From a virus (Duplodnaviria; Caudoviricetes): a DNA stretch of 31,875 bases. The notes beneath the pieces were generated by a model. The model made no database searches. It was not told the origin of the DNA and saw nothing but the letters and a program-made list of their open reading frames with translations. Of the stretch, positions 17,725 to 26,900 are shown piece by piece. Position numbers and translations under genes: made by a program. Each line of letters begins with the position of its first letter. The first letter of the stretch is position 1. The stretch lies in IMG/VR virus record IMGVR_UViG_3300031519_000131, positions 1 to 31,875 of that record. One strand, written 5' to 3'.

Positions 17725-18703
17725 AGACTTACAAAAAGAAGAAGAGTTCTACTTAAAGAAATTTAAGTGGAGCTACTCTTCTCTTAACAAATTATTATTT
17801 TCACCATCCTTATTTTATAAGGACTATATATTATGGGACCGTGAGGTCAGAACAGACAAACATCTAATAGAAGGTAAACTTATTCACTGTCTATTATTTG
17901 AAGCTGAGAATGTTAATGAAAAGTTTAATATTGTTCCCGGTAAAGCACCATCAGATAGTGTTAGAAAAGTATTGAAAGATATGGCTCTAAATACTGATGC
18001 AGAAACATTAGTAAGTTGTGATGACTTTATTATACTAGATTCTTTAAAAGAATTAAACTTATATCAGTCTCTTAAGGCCGATGAGTCAAGAATAGCTAAA
18101 ATTAGAACAAAAGATAATGAACCATACTGGAAATTTATAAGTAATAGTAACGTTGACGTTGTTGATCAGGATACTTTATTAAGATGTAAAGAAAAAGTAG
18201 ATATACTAAAAGAAAATAAAGATGTAATGTCTTTATTTAATGAAGTAAGTACAGACTTTGATTTAGATCCTATAGAATCATTTAGTGAGAAGTATTTAGA
18301 AACTACACTAGAAGGTTATCCTTTTGGTTTACATGGATACATTGACCATTATACTGTTGATTCTGATAAAAAGCAAGTTACTATTTGTGATTTAAAAACC
18401 ACAGGGAAAACAATTTCAGATTTTAAAGAGACTATTGATTTTTATAATTATTGGTTGCAAGCAGCTATATATTCAAAGTTAGTTTATGACTCTTTAGGAG
18501 ATGATAGAGATGATTATAATATAGTTTTTAAGTTTGTTGTTATAGATTTATATAAACAAGTTTATGTTTTTGATGTATTAGATGATACATTATCAGCCTG
18601 GGCTGGTGGTTTAAGCGGTGCATTAAAAACTGCTAAATATCATTATGAAAATAGAAATTATAGTCTACCTTATGATTTCTTAGTAAATAAGATTAAATTA
18701 TAG
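17717..18703 (+). CDS. PD-(D/E)XK exonuclease (RecE/DUF3799-like)
   Basis: SYSSL, GKLIHCLL, GYID...DLKTT, LQAAIY. Confidence 0.85.
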   Translation: MIKDLQKEEEFYLKKFKWSYSSLNKLLFSPSLFYKDYILWDREVRTDKHLIEGKLIHCLLFEAENVNEKFNIVPGKAPSDSVRKVLKDMALNTDAETLVSCDDFIILDSLKELNLYQSLKADESRIAKIRTKDNEPYWKFISNSNVDVVDQDTLLRCKEKVDILKENKDVMSLFNEVSTDFDLDPIESFSEKYLETTLEGYPFGLHGYIDHYTVDSDKKQVTICDLKTTGKTISDFKETIDFYNYWLQAAIYSKLVYDSLGDDRDDYNIVFKFVVIDLYKQVYVFDVLDDTLSAWAGGLSGALKTAKYHYENRNYSLPYDFLVNKIKL

Positions 18704-18704
18704 T

Positions 18705-19280
18705 ATGGGTGTTTATACAGAATTTTTTCAAAAAAGTAAGGTCTTTCTATATCCTTTATTAAAGATAAGAAAAGGCGTATCACATGTTCCCGTGCAAACT
18801 TATGTTGCATGGGAAAATGTTTACTCTACTGAAAATAATAGGTTTTTCTGTGAATACAGTACCAAAATGACGTCTACATTTAAAAAATTTTCTCTTAATT
18901 ATTTACAAAATCATAAATTATTTGAAGACTATATAGAATTAAATGGTGATAAACATTTATTTATATTTGATTTCACCGTATATAAATCTGACTTTCAAAG
19001 GTTTGTATCTGGTGCTTATTCACAATTTTCGTTGAATAACAAAATTAGTATATTAGATTTCTTTTCAAATCAGAAAAAGATATCTTCATATGTTAAAGGG
19101 TTTCTATCTCCTGAAGATGTGCATAAATTATATGCAAAAGAATTAGGAGTTGATATAGAAATTATTCAAAAAATATATGAGGTATGCACTCCTCCAGATT
19201 TAAAAAAAGAAACTTTTATGGATAATACTGATGTTATTTTTCAGCTATTAAAAAAAAGTTCCATATCTTTGACTAAATAA
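18705..19280 (+). CDS. hypothetical protein (191 aa)
   Basis: ORF track; 1 nt after previous stop. Confidence 0.7.
   Translation: MGVYTEFFQKSKVFLYPLLKIRKGVSHVPVQTYVAWENVYSTENNRFFCEYSTKMTSTFKKFSLNYLQNHKLFEDYIELNGDKHLFIFDFTVYKSDFQRFVSGAYSQFSLNNKISILDFFSNQKKISSYVKGFLSPEDVHKLYAKELGVDIEIIQKIYEVCTPPDLKKETFMDNTDVIFQLLKKSSISLTK
19264..19271 (+). promoter_or_regulatory. candidate Bacteroidota -7 promoter element
   Basis: TATCTTTG, 20 nt before ATG 19292; -33 element unclear. Confidence 0.4.
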
Positions 19281-19291
19281 AATAAATAATA

Positions 19292-19708
19292 ATGGCACAA
19301 ATAGGACAGAATATGATGTTAGTAAATTCTACTTTTAGAAACGCTAAATCATTTACATTAATTCCAGTGAGCATGGACTCACCATACACAGAAGCTATGT
19401 TTGACCCAACATCAGGCATTTTAGCAGTCATCAGTAAAGTAATGAAGCAATCATATCATATGGTTCCTAAGTTAAATGATGACGGAGAACCACAAAGATT
19501 AAAAAATCCAAATCCACAGACAGGTAAAACTGTTAAAGAAGAAAGAAGATTGGTTGATACATTTTCAGAATTTTATCTTACTGATAAAAATGATATTGAA
19601 TTACTAATTAATATGTTTGCTATAAACGCTGAGCAATTTGATTGGCAACAATATTTTGTTGATGTAAAAGAAACTAAAGTATCTAATCTTATCTTACCTG
19701 GTCAATAA
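19292..19708 (+). CDS. hypothetical protein (138 aa)
   Basis: ORF track; flanked by candidate promoter and terminator. Confidence 0.75.
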   Translation: MAQIGQNMMLVNSTFRNAKSFTLIPVSMDSPYTEAMFDPTSGILAVISKVMKQSYHMVPKLNDDGEPQRLKNPNPQTGKTVKEERRLVDTFSEFYLTDKNDIELLINMFAINAEQFDWQQYFVDVKETKVSNLILPGQ

Positions 19709-19740
19709 AGGTCTAATACTTTACAGACTAAAAAAAGAGA

Positions 19741-19764
19741 GCCTCATTGATTTGGGGTTTTTTT
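19741..19764 (+). terminator. intrinsic terminator
   Basis: GCCTCA-TTGATT-TGGGGT stem-loop followed by a T run and preceded by an A run. Confidence 0.65.
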
Positions 19765-19783
19765 GGCACTAATAAATAATTAT

Positions 19784-20125
19784 ATGGCTGAATTAAGCGC
19801 AGAAGAATCATTAGAAGTAAATATATTATTTGCATTAAATAAATGCATGGCCGAAACTGTACATGGTTTACAATTTCTACATAAACATAAAGTAAAATAT
19901 AGAGTAAAACAAGTCATACAATCTGTAAATAAATATGATAAGGAGATAAATAAAACTTTAGATCCTGATCAATTAAAAGCTGTTGAAAGCATATATGATT
20001 GTATAATGGATCTATTAACTGAAGCTAAATCCGTAGCAATTAAAAACTATAATGATGATAGAGACAATAGATCAAATGAGAATAAGAGTAATGAAGTTGG
20101 CAATAAAAAAACATCCCTGTCTTGA
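19784..20125 (+). CDS. hypothetical protein (ATG 19784 preferred to TTG 19763)
   Basis: The TTG lies in the terminator T-tract; the ATG has an AT-rich leader. Confidence 0.65.
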   Translation: MAELSAEESLEVNILFALNKCMAETVHGLQFLHKHKVKYRVKQVIQSVNKYDKEINKTLDPDQLKAVESIYDCIMDLLTEAKSVAIKNYNDDRDNRSNENKSNEVGNKKTSLS

Positions 20126-20222
20126 AACTGCTGCCGCAGCTCTAGGTGTTACATCTAAAACTCTTTATAATTATAGAATTGAACTTGGTTTACACACACC
20201 TACTAAAAAAGAAAAAGCATGA
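20052..20222 (+). CDS. Fis-family helix-turn-helix protein (56 aa), not in ORF track
   Basis: MMIETIDQMRIRVMKLAIKKHPCLETAAAALGVTSKTLYNYRIELGL; ATGA overlap with the polymerase start. Confidence 0.7.
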   Translation: MMIETIDQMRIRVMKLAIKKHPCLETAAAALGVTSKTLYNYRIELGLHTPTKKEKA

Positions 20223-22210
20223 GACATTGGGTAATGGATTATGAAACATTAAAGAATTGTTTTACTGGGGTATTTGAACATTATAAGACTACAGAAACTA
20301 AAGTCTTTGTTGTACATGACCTGCGTAATGATCTTAATGATTTTATAAGTTTTCTTAATGAAAACATTAATAATAAAGAGTGGCATATATCTTACAACGG
20401 ATTAGCTTTTGATGGCCAGGTCACTCACTATATACTTGATAATCATAAAAACTGGCTTAATTTAGATGGCTGTGAAGTTGCAAATATAATTTATAAGTAT
20501 GCGCAACGTTGTATTCAAAAGTCCAATGCAAAAGAATTTAGTGATTATCCACAATGGAAAATGAAGATAAGCCAAATAGATGTATTTAAACTACATCATT
20601 GGGACAACCCGGCTAAACGTTCTAGTCTAAAGTGGATCCAGTATAGTATGGATTGGGAAAACATTCTTGATATGCCTATACATCATGAGACAGAGATAAC
20701 TACACAAAAAGAAATAGATGTTATCTTAGAATATTGTGTTAATGATGTTAGATCAACTAAAGAAGTATATAATAGAGCTAAATCACAGATTGGATTAAGA
20801 AAGGAATTAACAAAAACATATGGTATAAATATGTTTAGCGCCTCAGAACCAAGAATTAGTAAAGAAATATTTGGTTACTATTTATCTAGAAATTTAAATA
20901 TCCCTAAAAAAGATTTAAGGAAGATGAGAACTTATAGAGATACAATCAAAGTAAAAGATATAATTTTACCTTGTGTTTCTTTTACCTCAGATGAGTTTAA
21001 AACTTTACATAATAGATTTAAAACACTTGAAGTAGATGCGGCAAGTTTAAAAGGAGGATTTAAATATCATATAGATTATAAAGATGTAAAAACACATTTT
21101 GGTTTAGGTGGTGCACATGGTGCTAATAGTAAAGGAATGTATGAAAGTACAGAAGATTTAGTTATAATGTCGTCAGACGTTACTAGTTTTTATCCTAATC
21201 TTGCTATTAAAAATAAATGGTCACCAGAACATTTTCCAAAAGAAGAATTTTGTAGTCAATATGAATGGTTCTTTGAAGAGCGTAAGAAGATACCTAAGAG
21301 CAATCCAATGAACTATGTATATAAGATTATACTTAACTCAACATTTGGTCTTAGCAATGATGTAAATAGTTTCTTTTATGATCCTGAGCTCTGTTTACGT
21401 ATAACTATTAATGGTCAATTGACTCTTATGATGTTATATGAACAAATTATGGAAAGAATACCAGGTGCTGTAGCTTTATTACAAAACACAGATGGTGTTG
21501 AGACTATAATACCTAGAGAATATATAGATCTTTATATGGAAATATGTAAAGAGTGGGAAGACAAAACCAATTTAAATCTTGAACATGATGAATACCAAAA
21601 ATTGGTACTTGCTGATGTCAATAATTATATTGGTGTGAATAACTATATAGATGTAGATATCACTAAATGGAGAGAAGTTAAACAGAGACAGCCTCATTAC
21701 TTATTTAAGGTAAAGAATGATAAGTTTAGTTATGCTCCTGTTAAACTCAAAGGCCGTTTTGACTTCCATGAATTACAATTACATAAAAATAAATCTAAGT
21801 TAGTTATACCCAAAGCTATTTATCAATACTTTGTACATGATGTATTACCTGAAGACTATTTAAATAAGAATAAAAATATATTGGACTATTGTATTGGTGG
21901 AAAATCTAAAGGAGATTGGAAACAAATAGCTAGATATATAAAAGATGGTTCTTTAGTGGAAGATGAATTACAAAAAATAAATAGATATTTTATATCTTCT
22001 ATAGGTAAGAAAATAGTTAAGGTAAATAAAACAGATGGAAGAGAAATACAACTAGAATCAGGCCAGTGGCTACAAACTGTATTTAATAAGATGACTGTAG
22101 AACCTAAATGGGAAAACTATAAAATCAATAAGTCTTATTATATGCAAGCTATAGAATCTGAGATCAATAGTATTATCACTGTAAATAATAATCAATTAAA
22201 ATTATTTTAA
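20219..22210 (+). CDS. polB: family B DNA polymerase with 3'-5' exonuclease
   Basis: ExoI DYET, ExoII YNGLAFD, ExoIII YCVND; motif A DVTSFYP, motif B KIILNSTFG, motif C NTDG. Confidence 0.93.
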   Translation: MRHWVMDYETLKNCFTGVFEHYKTTETKVFVVHDLRNDLNDFISFLNENINNKEWHISYNGLAFDGQVTHYILDNHKNWLNLDGCEVANIIYKYAQRCIQKSNAKEFSDYPQWKMKISQIDVFKLHHWDNPAKRSSLKWIQYSMDWENILDMPIHHETEITTQKEIDVILEYCVNDVRSTKEVYNRAKSQIGLRKELTKTYGINMFSASEPRISKEIFGYYLSRNLNIPKKDLRKMRTYRDTIKVKDIILPCVSFTSDEFKTLHNRFKTLEVDAASLKGGFKYHIDYKDVKTHFGLGGAHGANSKGMYESTEDLVIMSSDVTSFYPNLAIKNKWSPEHFPKEEFCSQYEWFFEERKKIPKSNPMNYVYKIILNSTFGLSNDVNSFFYDPELCLRITINGQLTLMMLYEQIMERIPGAVALLQNTDGVETIIPREYIDLYMEICKEWEDKTNLNLEHDEYQKLVLADVNNYIGVNNYIDVDITKWREVKQRQPHYLFKVKNDKFSYAPVKLKGRFDFHELQLHKNKSKLVIPKAIYQYFVHDVLPEDYLNKNKNILDYCIGGKSKGDWKQIARYIKDGSLVEDELQKINRYFISSIGKKIVKVNKTDGREIQLESGQWLQTVFNKMTVEPKWENYKINKSYYMQAIESEINSIITVNNNQLKLF

Positions 22211-22211
22211 T

Positions 22212-22502
22212 ATGTATAAACCTTTACCGGAGAGTCTCACAATAAAAGACTCTCCTGTACATGGGCTTGGTCTACATGCTAGCAAAAAACTTGTTAAAGG
22301 CATTGACTTAGGAATAACTCATGTATATAATGAAAATTATGAAAACAATTATATAAGAACTCCATTAGGAGGATTCATTAATCATAGTGATAATCCTAAT
22401 GCTCAGTTAATGGTTGTAGGAAAAACAATGCGTCTTTCTACAATTAAAACTATAAAAAAGAATGAAGAACTTCTAGTGCAGTATAAATTATATAGTGTCT
22501 AG
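22212..22502 (+). CDS. minimal SET-domain protein (putative lysine methyltransferase)
   Basis: SPVHGLGLHA, FINHSDNPNA, IKKNEELLVQY. Confidence 0.88.
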   Translation: MYKPLPESLTIKDSPVHGLGLHASKKLVKGIDLGITHVYNENYENNYIRTPLGGFINHSDNPNAQLMVVGKTMRLSTIKTIKKNEELLVQYKLYSV

Positions 22503-22517
22503 TCAAATATTTTTAAT

Positions 22518-22853
22518 ATGATTACTATAATTGAATGGAAAACCCGTCAACAGTTTGAATCAAAAAAACTAGCCTCAGAATATTTTAAAATACCAATTTC
22601 TAAAGTTAATAAATCTATCAAAGAAAAAATTTCAGTAACACATGATGATAGACAATATTCATTTAGAAATTCTTGGAATCAAGAAGGAAACACAAGACTA
22701 TTAAAACCTGATAACAAACCAACATTAAGATTTGGTAAGTATAAAGGTAAAAAACCTAGTCAGATACCTATTAATTACTTAATATGGATAAGCAAAAATG
22801 TAAAACCTTGTCCTTCTTGTGTCAAAAAATTCCTTAAAGAAAAAGGATATTAA
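22518..22853 (+). CDS. NUMOD1-like HTH fused to DUF3820-like domain
   Basis: FESKKLASEYF at N-terminus; LRFGKYKGK..SQIP.NYL.W at C-terminus. Confidence 0.6.
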   Translation: MITIIEWKTRQQFESKKLASEYFKIPISKVNKSIKEKISVTHDDRQYSFRNSWNQEGNTRLLKPDNKPTLRFGKYKGKKPSQIPINYLIWISKNVKPCPSCVKKFLKEKGY

Positions 22854-22884
22854 TTTGCTGAGTCAGATTAATTTATTATATTTA
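22854..22884 (+). promoter_or_regulatory. Bacteroidota sigma70-type promoter
   Basis: TTTG (22854-22857), 19-nt spacer, TATATTTA (22877-22884). Confidence 0.55.
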
Positions 22885-22904
22885 CACCTTAAAAGTTTAA
22901 TACC

Positions 22905-23804
22905 ATGGGATACAAAAAACCATCATCACAAACCAGAAGTCATCTGGAAAATGCACCCTTACCAAATCATGGTAAGAGTTATACAGTCATACCGCATAAA
23001 ACGGTAATTGACAACACTTTAACTCTACTAAAAAATAGTGGATTTAATATTACAGAAGAGTTATATATATGTAACATGAATGCAAATGTTGCAAGAGGTA
23101 TATATTATATTATACCTAACAGCACAGACAGCCTAATTAATAATGAAAAGGAATTAGGAATGATGTTTTCTTGGACAAACTCTTATGACAAAAGCACCAG
23201 ATTTCAATGTTCTATTGGAGCTTATGTAAAAGTATGCTCTAATGGAATGATGGCCGGAGATATGTTTAATTTTAAAAGAAAACATACAGGGTCTGCAGAT
23301 ATGGATGTAAGAAACCAAATTGCTAGCCAAATTAAAAATGGTGAAAAGTATTATAAAAGGTTAATAACAGACAAAGATGCTTTAAAATCTATTAGTTTGA
23401 ATTGTAAACAACAATCTGAACTTGCAGGTAGATTATTCATTGAAGAAGATTTACTTGATACTCAACAGATGTCATGTTTAAAAAGTGAAATGGATAAACC
23501 ATCTTTTGATTATGGTGAAACAGAAATCAATGCTAGTGCTTGGGCCTTTTATAATCATGTTACACATTCATTAAAGAAAGCTCACCCTAGAGATTGGTTA
23601 AATGACCAACAAAATTTTCATGATTTTATGACAATTGAATGTTTAAATAATCAAGTTTTGAATCCTAATAATATTAAAAATTATGAGTTAAATCATAATA
23701 ACATTGAATTAGACATTACTATGGCAGACACTGATTTTGCTATAGAAATAGATGAAGATGTTACAGAAAAAAGGTTAATTCAAGATGTATTTATGGGTAG
23801 ATAA
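22905..23804 (+). CDS. DUF932/DUF945-like protein
   Basis: Y..IPH, NSYDKS...GAYVKVCSNGM...KHT, AW..YN.VT..LK. Confidence 0.75.
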   Translation: MGYKKPSSQTRSHLENAPLPNHGKSYTVIPHKTVIDNTLTLLKNSGFNITEELYICNMNANVARGIYYIIPNSTDSLINNEKELGMMFSWTNSYDKSTRFQCSIGAYVKVCSNGMMAGDMFNFKRKHTGSADMDVRNQIASQIKNGEKYYKRLITDKDALKSISLNCKQQSELAGRLFIEEDLLDTQQMSCLKSEMDKPSFDYGETEINASAWAFYNHVTHSLKKAHPRDWLNDQQNFHDFMTIECLNNQVLNPNNIKNYELNHNNIELDITMADTDFAIEIDEDVTEKRLIQDVFMGR

Positions 23805-23806
23805 AA

Positions 23807-23884
23807 ATGATATGGATTCTAATAATTTTTAGTATTATATTTTGTTTTTATATTACTCATAATAATGATTTAGATAATTATTAA
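23807..23884 (+). CDS. possible 25-aa hydrophobic peptide
   Basis: MIWILIIFSIIFCFYITHNNDLDNY, 2 nt after previous stop. Confidence 0.35.
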   Translation: MIWILIIFSIIFCFYITHNNDLDNY

Positions 23885-23944
23885 TATAGGAGAAATAAAC
23901 CAATAGGGGATAAGTTTTATGCATTCTTGTTCCCTTCTCCTTAT

Positions 23945-23976
23945 TATAGGGTGCCATTACAGCACCCTATATTTTT
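23945..23976. terminator. intrinsic terminator between convergent units, possibly bidirectional
   Basis: Perfect 10-bp stem TATAGGGTGC/GCACCCTATA, 7-nt loop, T run on the plus side. Confidence 0.8.
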
Positions 23977-26900
23977 ATGTTAAGGTTGTAAATCCTGAGT
24001 CATTTAGTTTTGCTAAAACAACACTTCTATAATAACCAGCAGTATTATTAGCAGCTGCTATACCGTTTAGATAATTAGCATCACCAGTTTGACCTGCATA
24101 CTGAATTCTTGTTGGTGAACCAGATGATTGTGCAGTTAATAAATCAGCGTCTGTCCAAGTACCCCCAAATTGTGAGTTAGGGCTTACACCATTTTGTAAA
24201 CCTTGACCTATTTGTCTATAGGTAGTAACATCAGCAACACTAAACCAAATACCTCTATAGATTTGGTTATTACCAGCATTGGTTTCTGATGTTGTTATAA
24301 ATTGCTGTACTTCTGCTACATCATTAGCAACTCTTGAACCATTACCTGTGGTAGGATCTGTAAATAGCGTTCCATTACCACCACTGTAATACCAGTTATT
24401 TGATTCATCACCCCATGCCATTATTACAACTGTGGAAGCATTTTCAAAAAGCTGTCCTGCACCTGTATTAATTGGGTTACCTAAGTTAGCCAAATATTGT
24501 ATTTGTCTTTCTCCATTACCTTCAATAGGATAATTATCCCATCCAAATTTTACGTGAGTATCATATCTGTCAGCACCATTAGTAGCTGGGTCTGTGTTAA
24601 AGTCTGGTGTTCCTTCTACTCCTCCCGTAGCATAAAAATCTTGAAGTAAGTTTCTAAATGTACTTCCATCATTATAATCAGCAGTTTTTTGAGCAGTTGT
24701 TCTAGCAAAAGTAATTATATCACCAGCACTAGTTGTATGATTATTGCTTAAGGTTAAAAAAGGTTGGTTATTTGTTGGTGCAGTTACAATTGTTGTTCCT
24801 GCAGGTATACCGGTGCCAGAAACAGTCATACCAACTACAAGAAGTTCATAACCATTAAATGCATTTCCTGATGGGTCATCTACATACATACCTACATCAT
24901 TTGAAGTACCTTGATTAAGTCTTAAAGTTGTTCCAGAACCAGTTCCATCAGATTGAGCAATCACAGTAGATGTACTAGAAATTGCTGAAAGAATTATACC
25001 TGTAGTATCCATTGATCCAGAACCATCAAACCAAGTCACAAAGTATGTATCATTATCTACTGCTAACCCTCCAATTTCAAAAGACTGTGAACTAGTGCTT
25101 GTTCCATCACTAACATTTAGTTGAACTGAAAATGTACCGCCCGTAGCAGGAAAAGTTCCAGAAAGTGTTCCGGTACAATCACCATTATTGGTAAACGTTA
25201 ACCATGAAGGTATAGTTTGAGATGGGAAAGTTAAACTTGCACATGGAGTGTCTGCATCAGCTACTGTCCAATTATAAGTCCATATATCACCACCTGTTAG
25301 ATTTGGGTAAGTATTATCTGTTACAGGATCGGTAGATGTCCATATTGGAGCATCATCTACAGCATTAATTGTAATTGTAAAAGTAAATTGATTACTAGTA
25401 CAATACCCATCCATCGCTACCCATGTAATAACATCTGTACCAAAGTAATTAGTATTGGGTGTATATGTAAAAGCTCCTGTGCTAGGGTCAGTAAGAGTTA
25501 CCGTACCATTTGAAGGACCGCTTACAATTAAATATGTTAATCCATATCCACCATATCCATCATCAACACCATTGAATGATCCACTAAATGATGTATCTTC
25601 ATCAATAGTAGCTGAACCATTTGATCCAGTAGGACATGTATTTTCTGAGTATATTTTACAACATGCATCCCAATTTAATTGAGCAGTTCCTGTTGTAGGT
25701 ATTTCGTATAGTTCAGCTTTAAACTTAAGTTTTTCACCAAATAAAAGAGTTGAAGTTTGATATCCATTATTAATAGCTCCAGTCCATCCAGTACCTATAC
25801 TTGATTGATTCCAAGATGTTTGGTTAGAAACTGATGTAAAATTTGAGCTACTCCATGTTGGAAACTGAATAACATTATCAGCTAATAATGAGCCTGTCTT
25901 AACATTTGCTGCAATAACAACTACTCTATCACCATCAACAAGCCAATCCATATCTTTGATGCTCTTAACTGCTGTAGTAGTATCATCAAGAGCTACAACA
26001 GCATTAAAATTACCCTGAGCAGAGGCCCAACCATCTGGTAGCATAGCTAATGTATCAAAACCAACTTGTGGTTTTATAGTAGATGCATCTCTTTGCTTTA
26101 TGATTCCTGTGGTTACATCTCTTACTAATACTTTATCTAAGGTATTATCATCATCTACTTTTTCTAATTCAAGATCTGGTAGTATTTGAACACTTCCATT
26201 TACTAATCCTGGGTGTACTACTTCACTAAAGTTTCCTCCTATTGTGAGTTTTTGTGTATCTGAACCATTAGTATATGAAAAATCTATATAATTGTTATAA
26301 GTACTTATAGCTGTACTTGTATAAAATGATGAAATAATTGTATTACCATTTGAAGTACTGCTTAGACCAGAAGAAAAATTATTAAATCCAATAAAATTAA
26401 ATCTATTAGTGCCGTTAAAGGCTACATTACCAACATTGATAATAGAAGACGTTGTATTAACTACATTAAATGTAACACTGGATGTTACATTTGTAGCTGG
26501 TGTAGCGTTATTACCATCTTGAAATAATTTAGAACACCCTAATGTATTTGAATCAGGTGTCCATAAAGGAATAGTATTAACAGTACAAACTTCACCTACA
26601 ATTGCTGCAGGATTATCTTCCCAAGAAAAAGTAGTTCCATCAGATATTAAAATCTGATCTACAGTACCAATAGGTAACTCTACTTTATAATTAGTAGCAT
26701 CTCCTTGCCATAGTGAGCCATATGTTAATGCTTCAACAACATCATCATCTTGCCACTTTACTCTACCATCTGCTAAACCAACAAGCACTTTATTGAGTCC
26801 ACCAATAACACCTAGTGAATCATAAACGGGCCCTTCTAGTTTAAGGTTGGAGTTTATAGTTGTTGTGTGTGTTGGTACACCTGCTGGTACATCCGTACCA

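Noticed and set aside
17717-18703. Possible Cas4 or CRISPR link
   Set aside because: No four-Cys Fe-S pattern and no repeat-spacer array seen in the window; better explained as a recombination exonuclease
22819-23007. Plus-strand 62-aa ORF
   Set aside because: GTG start, spans a promoter and overlaps two better genes out of frame
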